A stretch of DNA of 64,000 bases from an uncultured Planctomycetia bacterium (GTDB lineage Bacteria > Planctomycetota > Planctomycetia > CAXEIY01). The notes beneath the pieces were generated by a model. That model made no database searches. It worked only from the letters and a program-made list of their open reading frames with translations, and had not been told where the DNA came from. The DNA is taken from positions 5,006-69,005 of the forward strand of contig CAXEIY010000142.1 of the NCBI GenBank assembly GCA_963996245.1, read 5' to 3'. Positions 40,061-50,020 of this stretch are shown here, in pieces (positions within the stretch are counted from its first letter, which is position 1; every line of letters starts with the position of its first letter). Position numbers and translations under genes: made by a program.

Positions 40061-40321
40061 CCTTGATGAATTTCATAAACAGTCATGCTAACGTCCCAGC
40101 CACCCTTTCCAACTTTTCAATATCGTTGTACAAAACACTCATAATTCAGATCTGTCTGTAACAATGCTCTCCAACAAGCACGCAACTTTTATACTCTCAC
40201 CAGAGATTCCGATAGGCGCATCAGGTCATGGATACCTAGGCCCATTGAAACTAGAATAAAACTTTCTATCCCGCATTGAACCAGAAAATACAGCGCACAC
40301 TATCGCACAATCTGAGTTACC

Positions 40322-40349
40322 TTGACACCTAGCAGGTCACCGATAGAAT
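40322..40349 (+). promoter_or_regulatory. Candidate sigma70-type promoter for mcsA-mcsB
   Basis: TTGACA-N16-TAGAAT about 170 nt upstream of the mcsA ATG (40518). Confidence 0.55.
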
Positions 40350-40517
40350 AAATTCGAGGTGGTAAGGGGCCTCCTTTTCAATATTTGTTTCAGCTATGAA
40401 GTATAGATCCATCGCCGATTTTGCCGAAACACTCATCCATCCATGTGTAACGGCCTGGTTTTGATAGCAAGTCAGAGTTGCTACCATCTTGCCGTTTTCC
40501 TACAAAAGATATGTCAC

Positions 40518-41021
40518 ATGAAAAAGTGTCAAAAGTGCTCGAAACCGGCAACCGTGCATATCACGGAAATCGAAAAACACACACCTAATGAAATTCATCT
40601 GTGTGAAACTCACGCGCAGCAGTATCTTTCTCCCGGAGAGGAACAACCCGCTCAAAACACAGCGGTCAGCATATTGGCCCAATATCTTTCCACTGGCACG
40701 ATTGAACCAGAAGAGCGAGAAATAAAGTCTTGTCCTATGTGCGATATGACTTTCTCTGATTTTCGCGATCAACAGCGATTGGGATGTCCACACGATTACG
40801 AAGTTTTTCAAGAGGAACTACATCCTCTCCTGGAAACCATTCACAGCGAAACAACCCACTGTGGGAAAGTTCCAAAACGAGCGCCTGGAGCCAGTCAACG
40901 GCGGGTACAGATTATCAAGCTGCGCAACGATCTGAAACGAGCTATTGCAGAAGAAAATTTTGAAGATGCCGCGAATCTCCGTGATCAGATTCACAATTTG
41001 GAACAACCGTTGCCTGAATAA
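40518..41021 (+). CDS. mcsA: McsA-like protein-arginine kinase activator (UvrB/UvrC motif)
   Basis: CQKC, ATVHITEI, HLCETHA, CPMC, RLGCPHDY, H.GK.P, C-terminal UVR motif (EENFEDAANLRDQI); directly upstream of mcsB. Confidence 0.88.
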   Translation: MKKCQKCSKPATVHITEIEKHTPNEIHLCETHAQQYLSPGEEQPAQNTAVSILAQYLSTGTIEPEEREIKSCPMCDMTFSDFRDQQRLGCPHDYEVFQEELHPLLETIHSETTHCGKVPKRAPGASQRRVQIIKLRNDLKRAIAEENFEDAANLRDQIHNLEQPLPE

Positions 41022-41099
41022 ACACACTGCGATAATCTGTCCTAATGTCACGTTATTTGTCACTCTTTAAACCCTACTCTTATCTGAGAATCTGTTTCT

Positions 41100-42173
41100 G
41101 TGCGACTTCAAGAGCTCACTAAAACCAGCGGCGAATGGTTACGAGGCACTGGACCAGATTCAGACATCGTAATTTCGAGTCGTATTCGACTCGCGCGTAA
41201 CCTTGCGCAATTTCCCTTTGGAAACCGTGCGGATAAGCACGAACAACAAGAAATTGAAGAGTTGCTTTGCCAGTACTTCCAAAAATTAAAAGGAAAATGG
41301 AAATTCCATTACTTCAATGTTGAAGAACTGGACAATCTGGATCGTCAACTGCTGGTAGAACGTCAACTCATAAGTCGTGAACTTGCAGATTCAGAAGGCG
41401 TCCGGGGTGTCGCTTTTGTACGTAAAGAAAATATCAGCGTAATGGTCAATGAAGAAGATCATCTACGCATCCAAGCCATTCAAAGCGGTTTTTCTCTGGA
41501 AAAAGTATGGAAAGAGATAGAGCGACTCGACGATGCGATCGAAGAGCATGTGGATTATGCTTTCCATCAGAATTTTGGTTATCTGACCGCGTGCCCAACC
41601 AATGTCGGCACAGGAATTCGAGTCAGCGTAATGATGCATTTACCAGCATTGGTCATTACCAACCAAATGGAAAAAGTATTTCGCGCACTTTCAAAAATAA
41701 ATCTCGCAGTACGTGGGGTATACGGAGAAGGGTCGCAACCCATGGGCGATTTTTATCAAATATCCAACCAACTCACACTCGGGAAAAGCGAACAGGAGAT
41801 CATACGGAATCTCCAAGCGGTAGTCCCCAACATTATCGATTATGAGCGTCAAGCTCGTGAAGCACTTGTCAAAGAAAGTCGTCAGGAACTACATGACAAA
41901 GTATCTCGGGCACACGGCATTTTAAAAACCGCCCATACGATCAGTTCTGAAGAAACCATGCATTTATTGTCCAGTATCCGAATGGGTTTTAACCTGGGTC
42001 TCCTTGATGACCTGGAAATCAGCACCATCAACGAGCTGTTCATACACACACAACCTGCACACCTGCAGAAAATTCGCGGCTCTTCTCTTGATAGTGCGGA
42101 GCGAAACGCCGAAAGAGCAAAATTTTTACGTAAGCATTTGCGAGCCGTTGAAAAGCCTAATGGAGACCATTAA
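41100..42173 (+). CDS. mcsB: Protein arginine kinase
   Basis: Motifs ISSRIRLARN, MVNEEDHLRIQ, GYLTACPTNVGTG, RGVYGEGS, YQISNQ, QPAHLQ. Confidence 0.95.
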   Translation: MRLQELTKTSGEWLRGTGPDSDIVISSRIRLARNLAQFPFGNRADKHEQQEIEELLCQYFQKLKGKWKFHYFNVEELDNLDRQLLVERQLISRELADSEGVRGVAFVRKENISVMVNEEDHLRIQAIQSGFSLEKVWKEIERLDDAIEEHVDYAFHQNFGYLTACPTNVGTGIRVSVMMHLPALVITNQMEKVFRALSKINLAVRGVYGEGSQPMGDFYQISNQLTLGKSEQEIIRNLQAVVPNIIDYERQAREALVKESRQELHDKVSRAHGILKTAHTISSEETMHLLSSIRMGFNLGLLDDLEISTINELFIHTQPAHLQKIRGSSLDSAERNAERAKFLRKHLRAVEKPNGDH

Positions 42174-42186
42174 TTTTTCGAACTGG

Positions 42187-42216
42187 AAGGCGGAGACATT
42201 TTTCTGACTCCGTCTT
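42187..42216. terminator. Hairpin between convergent mcsB and coaD (possible bidirectional terminator)
   Basis: AAGGCGGAG-N12-CTCCGTCTT, a 9-bp stem with one G.U pair. The U-tract is weak. Confidence 0.35.
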
Positions 42217-42230
42217 ACACAAACTCGGGG

Positions 42231-42728
42231 TCATGCTTTTCCGAGTTTTCTCAGCAAGGGTTCCACTATCAATTCGGGAACAAATTTTGCGACATCCTCT
42301 TTGGAACCCATCTGGGCTATCTGCTTGGTTAACGAACTTGAAATATGTGTATATTCCTCTCGAGCTGTCAGGAAAACTGTTTCTATTTCAGAATGCAGCG
42401 CCTGATTCGCCAGTGCCATTGTGAATTCTTGATCCATGTCACTCAGGGATCGTACTCCTCGGAGCAGAATAGTTGCCCCGACTTCTTTTAAAAAATTCAC
42501 GGTCAACCCACGAAACGACTTGACACTGATATCTTCATATTCACTCACTAATTGTGTCACCAATGCCACACGTTCCTGAACACTGAACAGCGGATCCTTT
42601 TCGGGATTTTCACCTACACCAATAACCAGATGATCAAAAAGGCAGCGACCGCGCAACACCAAGTCCAAATGCCCCAGTGATACCGGATCAAACGTGCCCG
42701 AATATACCGCGATTCGGGACGATTTCAT
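42231..42728 (-). CDS. coaD: Phosphopantetheine adenylyltransferase
   Basis: Motifs AVYSGTFDPVSLGH, LRGVRSLSD, IETVFL, ISSS. Confidence 0.95.
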   Translation of the reverse strand: MKSSRIAVYSGTFDPVSLGHLDLVLRGRCLFDHLVIGVGENPEKDPLFSVQERVALVTQLVSEYEDISVKSFRGLTVNFLKEVGATILLRGVRSLSDMDQEFTMALANQALHSEIETVFLTAREEYTHISSSLTKQIAQMGSKEDVAKFVPELIVEPLLRKLGKA

Positions 42729-42769
42729 AATTAACAGACCTCCAACCCTAAGGCTTTTTATAGTTCCAG

Positions 42770-43942
42770 TCAGAACTTCCGAGATTGCTTTATCCCATCG
42801 TATAAAACACTGGACAATAGCTCAATTTCCTCTTCTGTATTGTAAAAATGAGGACTGATCCTAATTCGACCATCCCGGACGCTCAATAACACGCGATTTT
42901 CCCAACAGTAATGTCGTAATGCACGTGCATTCAACGTGGGCCAAGAAACACTGACAATACCAGATTTTTCCCCTGTTCTTCGACTACTGACCACCGTCCC
43001 TCCCAAATCCTGCAAGCGGGTACATAACAGATCCGTAAGTTGAATAACCCGTTCACTGATCTGTTCAATTCCAATGGTTAGCAACCATTCAAGTGATGCG
43101 CCAAGCCCGGCAATGCCAGCAATATTATTCGACCCTCCTTCCCAGCGGGCGGCTGTTGATTTCAACCGGAAATCGATCGTTGAGAAATCATTGGATCCCA
43201 CAACACTGTTCCAACCAACATTAACCAAATCCAGCTGATCGAAATGCTTTTTGCGGCAAAATAAAATCCCAGCTCCTTCCGGACCCAATAACCACTTATG
43301 TCCATCCGCAGCCAGAAAGTCGATTGGTACTTTTTGAACATCTATTGGAAAAACTCCCAATCCCTGAATAGCGTCGACACAAAACATGATTTTGCGTTCT
43401 TGACAAAGATGCGCCAAACGCTCCAAGTCATTTCTAAATCCAGTTGCAAACTCTACAAAGCTAATTGTTAACAGGCGAGTCCGAGCATCCATTGCGGAAG
43501 ACAGATCTTCTATAACAATACGACCATCTCTTAATGGTATCTGTTTGAAACCCACTCCGCGTCTATGGAGATTCATCCAGGGATATACATTTGCAGGGTA
43601 CTCTTGCTGAACACTGATAACGTTATCACCTGATTCCCATCGAACCCCCTCAGCAATCATCGCCAGACCTTCGGAAGTGTTCTTCACAAAAGCTATTTCG
43701 TCCACATGAGAACCGATTAACGTAGCTGCTGAACGACGTGCTTGCTCCACGGTTCGTAGCCAATGGCTACTACAGGCCACCCCGTTTTCTGACTGATCAC
43801 TCACCCACTGAACCATCGCATTTTTGGCTTTCAGGGACAACGGTGCCACGGCTGCATGATCCAAAAACACCCATTTATCACAAACGGGCATTTGTTCACG
43901 AAACGCCATCCAGTCACTCTGAGAACCATTACTTTCAACCAC
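42770..43942 (-). CDS. Class V PLP-dependent aminotransferase / C-S lyase-like protein
   Basis: Motifs FLDHAAVAP, NTSEG, VDAIQ, DGHKWLLGPEG (PLP Lys), RISPHFYN. Confidence 0.85.
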   Translation of the reverse strand: MVESNGSQSDWMAFREQMPVCDKWVFLDHAAVAPLSLKAKNAMVQWVSDQSENGVACSSHWLRTVEQARRSAATLIGSHVDEIAFVKNTSEGLAMIAEGVRWESGDNVISVQQEYPANVYPWMNLHRRGVGFKQIPLRDGRIVIEDLSSAMDARTRLLTISFVEFATGFRNDLERLAHLCQERKIMFCVDAIQGLGVFPIDVQKVPIDFLAADGHKWLLGPEGAGILFCRKKHFDQLDLVNVGWNSVVGSNDFSTIDFRLKSTAARWEGGSNNIAGIAGLGASLEWLLTIGIEQISERVIQLTDLLCTRLQDLGGTVVSSRRTGEKSGIVSVSWPTLNARALRHYCWENRVLLSVRDGRIRISPHFYNTEEEIELLSSVLYDGIKQSRKF

Positions 43943-44192
43943 GCTTATGCCCTTTCAGACGAATACACTGTCCGATTAAGTACGATGTTATGATTGGCCT
44001 ACACAGGCGGTTTAGACATCACTGCTTCTTAGCAGAAATACACATTACACTTCAGTCGATTGAAACGAAAACATGCCAACACCGATGACTAAGATAACTT
44101 TGCCAATCCTGCCATCCCAATTAAGAGACGCGGACTTCACCAGTGGTACCCTTACCGTGATATAGCCAGGCCAATGCCAAACCGCTTTCGAA

Positions 44193-45581
44193 TCAGTGCG
44201 CATTCTGATTTCGAAAACCATGCCATAGGGTTAACCATAGTATGAACAGATCCAACCACGGACTCCAGTGGCTGATATAGTAGAGATCGTACTGGATCCG
44301 TTTACGTAAAGAAGTGTCTCCGCGCCATCCATGAACTTGTGCCCATCCGGTCATGCCGGATTTTACCGCATGTCGCAGCATGTAATGGGGAATGGTATCT
44401 CTAAATCGCTCAATAAAATAAGACCGCTCCGGCCGCGGACCAACCAGACTCATCTCGCCTCTGAGCACATTAAACAACTGCGGTAATTCATCCAAACTCG
44501 TTTTCCTTAAAAAACGTCCAATCCCGGTGCATCGGTCATCCTCTCGGCTTGCCCAAACGGGGCCTGTCGCCTGTTCTGCATCCGTACGCATTGTCCGAAA
44601 TTTCATCATTTGAAATGGTTTTCCACCTAACCCCACACGTTCTTGGCTATAAAACACAGGCCCGGCACTGGTCTGACGGATGATCAATGCAATCACTGTC
44701 ATAACAGGGGAAAATATCAAAAGAGCCGTGAATCCAAACACTAAATCAATTATCCGTTTTAGTGTGTTCCTCCATCCGTAATGTGGGGTCTCACGTAGGC
44801 CAACAAATGGCATATCGTTAATGGTCCGGGTACGCAAATTAAGATCGCCCAGATTGGGGATTTCTGGGACCCATTGGACATCAACTGCCACATTTCCAAG
44901 AATAGACTGAACACGTTTCAACGCGTCAGCATTGGAAACCGAAAGTGCAACAAACACAAAATCTGCGGGAAGCTTTTCCGCAATTTCAGCCAGGTCTTCG
45001 ATTTGCCCCAATAGCGGAAGATCCAGCTTCCGTGACTTTGTGGATTCCGCACTCACATAACCAACCGCATCCAGACCGGTCCATGGATTGTTTTGGAGTG
45101 TGTTCACGACCTTTCTTGCCGTTCTCCCGGTTCCTACAACAATTGCTTTTCCTTGATTGAAACCACGTTTTCGAAACCATCGGATAAGTTTCCACAGGAA
45201 ACGACGTGCGATAATCAACCACATCAGATTTAAGCCAAAAAACATAGCCAATGCGATCCGAGATTCGTAAGGATCACGTCTGTAAAATGCAGTGGTAATA
45301 ACCAGCACGAAAAGCAATCCACTCGCCCGCAGCAAGGTCGCCAGTTCAGAAGGTAACTGATGCAAACGGTGGATTTCGTACAATCCACATCCGTGATAGC
45401 TAAATGTGGCTAAGATAAGAACAAAAGGTAACGCGTACAAACACTCAGCGAAGGAAGGCATGCCGAGTGGAGCGGGAAACAAATAACGGATCTGATATGC
45501 ACATACCCAACTGACCAATGTCACCATCAAATCATTGGTCAGAAAAATGAACCCAATTTTATTTCCGTGACGACGAAACAT
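44193..45581 (-). CDS. wcaJ: Undecaprenyl-phosphate glucose phosphotransferase (WcaJ-like priming glycosyltransferase)
   Basis: N-terminal TM helices; KRIIDL; KFRTM; LDELPQLFNVLRGEMSLVGPRP; GMTGWAQVHG.RG; YDLYYI. Confidence 0.85.
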   Translation of the reverse strand: MFRRHGNKIGFIFLTNDLMVTLVSWVCAYQIRYLFPAPLGMPSFAECLYALPFVLILATFSYHGCGLYEIHRLHQLPSELATLLRASGLLFVLVITTAFYRRDPYESRIALAMFFGLNLMWLIIARRFLWKLIRWFRKRGFNQGKAIVVGTGRTARKVVNTLQNNPWTGLDAVGYVSAESTKSRKLDLPLLGQIEDLAEIAEKLPADFVFVALSVSNADALKRVQSILGNVAVDVQWVPEIPNLGDLNLRTRTINDMPFVGLRETPHYGWRNTLKRIIDLVFGFTALLIFSPVMTVIALIIRQTSAGPVFYSQERVGLGGKPFQMMKFRTMRTDAEQATGPVWASREDDRCTGIGRFLRKTSLDELPQLFNVLRGEMSLVGPRPERSYFIERFRDTIPHYMLRHAVKSGMTGWAQVHGWRGDTSLRKRIQYDLYYISHWSPWLDLFILWLTLWHGFRNQNAH

Positions 45582-46064
45582 CCCTGTTTCCAATCCAAGA
45601 ACCACTCTCGTCAGAAGTGCATACTCTAATTGTAAGAAACCATTATATGGAACATATCCAAGGATCCATTCCTATATTCCGGCGGGACTTTGTATCAACT
45701 GATGGTAATTGGGTCAAGGTAACTGTAACTCCTTACAGACAACATGAAAACGGTTTTTATCCCTCCGTAAAAATGCACCTTGCGACGTCCAAGATCTGTA
45801 AAAAGAGATCGCCATACAACCGTTGAATAAACCGCCCTTTCTTCTTACACACAGAAACCTTTCTGTGTAGAGACGAGTTACAATAGAAATGATGACAATC
45901 TTCGCTCGGTCCGCCACAAATTAGGGAAAAGTACCTTGTAAATCCATTTGACTCCTACCGTTTGGCTTATTCCCACAGATGACGCGGTCTATATTCCGAC
46001 ACATAAAATTAACGGAATAGCCGAAGTACATTATTAACGTCACTATGTACACATCGATGATCCT

Positions 46065-47999
46065 ATGAAACGCTTTTTCTCATTACATTTCGCGCTGTGT
46101 CTGTTTCTGGCCAGCACGCATACGCTCGCTTGCTGGCAGTTGACAGGAGGATCCAAAGGATTATTTTCACCATTCCCCCTATTGAATGACGATCACACCT
46201 TCAATTACTACTACGCCAACCTGACTCGACACTTCCTGCTGAAAACCGGCACTACTGCCGGTTATGATCCCCATTTCATGGCAGGTTACGCCAAATCGAT
46301 ACTCTTTCCTTCCAGTTCCACCCTTCCGGAAGTAATTCTCTTTATAAGTGCAGGTAAATACCCCGCTCAAGTATTCAAAGGATATGTATTCGTTGCGATT
46401 GCAATCCTTCCCTGGCTGATGTGGATATCAGCAGAGTACCTGTTTCGTCATCCGAAAATGGCTGTCATATCCTCAAACGTAACGGCATGCAACACGGTTC
46501 AAACTAGAACCTCCACTATTGCACTGTCGCTTATTCTGTTTGAATCCTACTTCTGGACTGACTGGGGAGTAACCTACGCCATATTGGGAATGGTTCCGTT
46601 TGTACTGTCGGGTCCTTTGTGCCTTCTTGCACTGGTTCTGTGGGCAGGATCCCTTCACTCCGAAAGAACATGGACCAGAATTCTTAGTACCGCACTGATC
46701 AGCTTTGCCTGTCTGGTACACATATCCTCTGTTTTTGTTCTTATTCCCGGGATCCTTGTGACCTACGGATCCAAGCCCTCAAAAACCAGAGGTGACTGGA
46801 CTTTTCTTGCAGCTACCGGACTGATGGTCATCCTCGTCAATAGTTTCTGGGTAATCCCAGGATTTCTACTCTTGTCGACTCTGGCCACCACCGCGACAGG
46901 AATCGGGTTTATCAATCCGAACGTACTAGAAAGAATGATTGAATTTTTCACAGGCCAACCCCCTGTTGAACTCGCAACCGTGGTGCTGGCGCCGCTGGGA
47001 ATCTTTCTGATATTCAGAAGAAAAGCTTTCTTATTTTCCGGAATTTCAGCAGTGATCATTTGGTCTTTCTGTTGGGGATATCTTGCCGGATGGTCACGTC
47101 ATCTTGATTTTCTGCAACCCGGTCGATACACCCTCTATTTTTTCATATGGGGATCCTTTCCGGCATCTGTAGCATTTGTGAGAATTGCTCAAAGATTGAC
47201 TGGATCCAAACAGCACACCGCCGTATCACGAATGCTGATTCCCTTACTGCCAATGATAGGTTTAATCCTTATTGTCCCCGCTTTACGACCGTTGATTTCC
47301 ATTGTTAATGGGAAAAGTCCGATCATAACGGAACTACCACCTGTTCATGACCAATTACTTCGGCGAATTCGATCTCGTATTCCGACCGGTGATCGCATCT
47401 TTTTCGAGGAACGCAACCGCGGTATTGAAGGTCAGATTCTTGATCCTTTTGGGAATCTTCGACTCTCGCCTCTGCTACCACTTTTTTTCCCAGGAATGGA
47501 AGTAATTGGTGGTCCTTATCTCCATACCCATTTAAAAAACAATTACACACAATTCGGCGACGGCACATTACTTGGACAAACAACGTGGAACCGAGAAGAA
47601 TTCGTCGGTCATGTCGATCGCTACAAGGTACGATGGATTGTATGCTGGTCACCCTATGTGGTTGATTTTTGCAAAAATCAACCAGACCTGATTAAGATGG
47701 TCTCAAATGTCCCCGCCCCCTTTTTTATTGGAAAAATAGAGACCGAAAACATGAAATCTCAACCTTCCAATGACGCTATCCAGGGATATGCTGAACTGAA
47801 AACCGATCGAGGTTCTATCATCGCAACCAAGCTCCAACCAGAAAGCAATATGGTAGTATTGCCCTACCATTTTTCGTCATTCCTAAGAACAGATCCAGTT
47901 GTGGAACTGAAAGCCGTTCATCTCGAACCTGACCCGATGCCTTTCATAGGCCTGCTGAATCCTCCAGATCAGGTCATGATCTCAATTGATTTTTTCTAA
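46065..47999 (+). CDS. Polytopic membrane protein, putative GT-C fold glycosyltransferase
   Basis: Roughly 10-12 hydrophobic segments, DDH after the first TM, GYDPxFMAGY, soluble C-terminal domain. Confidence 0.55.
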   Translation: MKRFFSLHFALCLFLASTHTLACWQLTGGSKGLFSPFPLLNDDHTFNYYYANLTRHFLLKTGTTAGYDPHFMAGYAKSILFPSSSTLPEVILFISAGKYPAQVFKGYVFVAIAILPWLMWISAEYLFRHPKMAVISSNVTACNTVQTRTSTIALSLILFESYFWTDWGVTYAILGMVPFVLSGPLCLLALVLWAGSLHSERTWTRILSTALISFACLVHISSVFVLIPGILVTYGSKPSKTRGDWTFLAATGLMVILVNSFWVIPGFLLLSTLATTATGIGFINPNVLERMIEFFTGQPPVELATVVLAPLGIFLIFRRKAFLFSGISAVIIWSFCWGYLAGWSRHLDFLQPGRYTLYFFIWGSFPASVAFVRIAQRLTGSKQHTAVSRMLIPLLPMIGLILIVPALRPLISIVNGKSPIITELPPVHDQLLRRIRSRIPTGDRIFFEERNRGIEGQILDPFGNLRLSPLLPLFFPGMEVIGGPYLHTHLKNNYTQFGDGTLLGQTTWNREEFVGHVDRYKVRWIVCWSPYVVDFCKNQPDLIKMVSNVPAPFFIGKIETENMKSQPSNDAIQGYAELKTDRGSIIATKLQPESNMVVLPYHFSSFLRTDPVVELKAVHLEPDPMPFIGLLNPPDQVMISIDFF

Positions 48000-48121
48000 T
48001 ACCTACTTGATTGAATCTAACTTTTCCAATGAACTGGCCGGCGATCCCCTGAAGTGATAGCATAAAATTCACGAATCATTCAAAACTTCTATTACTCCAC
48101 CACTCTTAACAGGTATGCGCA

Positions 48122-49945
48122 ATGCGTGTTTTCTCCCGATACAAGACAAACCTGATCACAGCTATGACGGTTCTTACTTGTCTAATTTCGCTCACTAGCA
48201 GACTCGAATCCCAGACTACCCTTGAATCATCTGAAATGGATTCATCACCCAGCGATCTTACCCTGACCCAAGATGAACAATGGTTATTTACCGCCAATCA
48301 TTCATCTGGAACCGTTTCGATGATCCATCTTCCGAGCGCCAAGGTTATTTCGGAAATAGTCATTGGACCAAGACTTTCGTCGATCGTACTTACCCCTGAT
48401 GAAAGCGAGTTGCTTCTCACTTCAAGCTATCTAGGAAATCTGACTATCGTTTCACGAAACAGACAGTCGTTAGATATCAAGAAACACATTCACCTGGGAT
48501 TCGAACCACGGGGTGTTGCCGTATCTCCAGATGGTAAGTGGGCCTATGTTGCCCTTTCAACCGCACACACGATCGCGGTTGTTGACCTAACCTCTTTGGA
48601 AGTAGTGGAACAGATTCCTGTCAAGCGCTGGCCGCGTTTCCTAACCCTGACATCCGATGGGAAACAACTGGCTGTTGGATGCAGTGGAGACCAGGGCATA
48701 GCTGTAGTTGACACAGAAAGTCGATCCATGGTTTTCTTCAATCGATTTCGTGCAATCAATCTGGGACAAATGGTAGTGTCACATGACGGAAAACACGCCT
48801 ACGCACCTTGGATGATATACCGACGAAGTGCAATCACCCCAGCGAACATCCGACAAGGATGGGTACTAGCCAGTCGAATTGCACGAATTCGACTGGATGA
48901 AAAGGCAAGACGCGAGGCAATCAGTCTTGATAAACCAGGTGAAGCCGTCAGTGATCCCCATGGTCTGGCAATCAGTCCAGACAATCAATGGCTTGTGTGC
49001 ACCGCCTCCGGAACACATGAATTGCTCGTTTTTCGTCACCCAGACCTGCCTTTCCAGGACTACGGTGGCCCGGGTGATCACATTAACCGTGAATTGGTCA
49101 ATGATCCTGATCGTTTTTTTCGTATTCCTGTAGGTGGACGACCGATGGCTGTCCGATTTTCCCAGGATAACGACCATGTGTACGTTGCAAATTATCTCCT
49201 GAATTCCGTTCAGGTAGTCTCGTTGCATTCCCGAAAAATTGTTCGTAATTATCCACTAGGCCCCGAACAACCTACGTCTCTTGCGCGCCGAGGGGAAGCC
49301 ATCTTCTATGATGGAAAGTATTCACTAGATCAGTGGTACAGTTGTCATAGCTGTCATTACGAAGGTCACACCAACGCCGTTGCAATGGACACGCACAATG
49401 ACGGAACCAGAGGAACGTATAAAACGGTACTGAGTTTGCGCAACGTCACAGATACCGGGCCATGGACATGGCATGGTTGGCAGCAAGATATTCGCGCTGC
49501 TATGAAAAAGTCGCTCACCGACACCATGCTCGGTCCGATGCCCGCCCCTGAAGATATCAACGCTTTAATCGCATTCCTGCAAACCCTTCGATCCCCCCCC
49601 AATCCTTTCCGCTCCCCAGATGGGTCCCTGCCCCTAGCGGCCCAGCGCGGCAAAACCATTTTCCACAGCGCAAAAGCTGGATGCGCGCGTTGTCATTCCG
49701 GAAAATATTTTACCGATGGCAAGATTCACGAAGTCGGCCTTGCCGCCGAAGAAGACGGTTACGTCGGCTATAATCCGCCCAGTCTGGTCGGAGTATACGA
49801 TCGTATGCGATACCTGCACGATGGCCGGGCCAAGACCTTAGAACATGTACTGACCGACTCCCACAGTCCATTGGAAGTTTCTGGAAACGAACCACTTTCC
49901 AACCAGGAATTGAGTGATCTAGTACACTATCTCAAATCCCTGTAG
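48122..49945 (+). CDS. Exported YVTN-type beta-propeller fused to a di-heme cytochrome c (cytochrome c peroxidase-like) domain
   Basis: Signal peptide; repeats such as PRGVAVSPDGKWAYV and PHGLAISPD; two CxxCH motifs (CHSCH, CARCH); PSL.G...YLHDG. Confidence 0.8.
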   Translation: MRVFSRYKTNLITAMTVLTCLISLTSRLESQTTLESSEMDSSPSDLTLTQDEQWLFTANHSSGTVSMIHLPSAKVISEIVIGPRLSSIVLTPDESELLLTSSYLGNLTIVSRNRQSLDIKKHIHLGFEPRGVAVSPDGKWAYVALSTAHTIAVVDLTSLEVVEQIPVKRWPRFLTLTSDGKQLAVGCSGDQGIAVVDTESRSMVFFNRFRAINLGQMVVSHDGKHAYAPWMIYRRSAITPANIRQGWVLASRIARIRLDEKARREAISLDKPGEAVSDPHGLAISPDNQWLVCTASGTHELLVFRHPDLPFQDYGGPGDHINRELVNDPDRFFRIPVGGRPMAVRFSQDNDHVYVANYLLNSVQVVSLHSRKIVRNYPLGPEQPTSLARRGEAIFYDGKYSLDQWYSCHSCHYEGHTNAVAMDTHNDGTRGTYKTVLSLRNVTDTGPWTWHGWQQDIRAAMKKSLTDTMLGPMPAPEDINALIAFLQTLRSPPNPFRSPDGSLPLAAQRGKTIFHSAKAGCARCHSGKYFTDGKIHEVGLAAEEDGYVGYNPPSLVGVYDRMRYLHDGRAKTLEHVLTDSHSPLEVSGNEPLSNQELSDLVHYLKSL

Positions 49946-50020
49946 CACAAGGAAATACGGATAGGCCTGCTCTCGTGATTGACCTCACGGACACCCTATC
50001 CTCACGGCATCGAAAAGCCC

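Noticed and set aside
40061-40320. Looked for a Moco riboswitch or ModE box upstream of moeA (and moaB)
   Set aside because: No convincing consensus seen by eye.
41046-41063. TGTCAC-N6-TGTCAC direct repeat between mcsA and mcsB (Pho-box-like)
   Set aside because: Period is 12 rather than 11, it is intra-operonic, and it is short enough to be chance.
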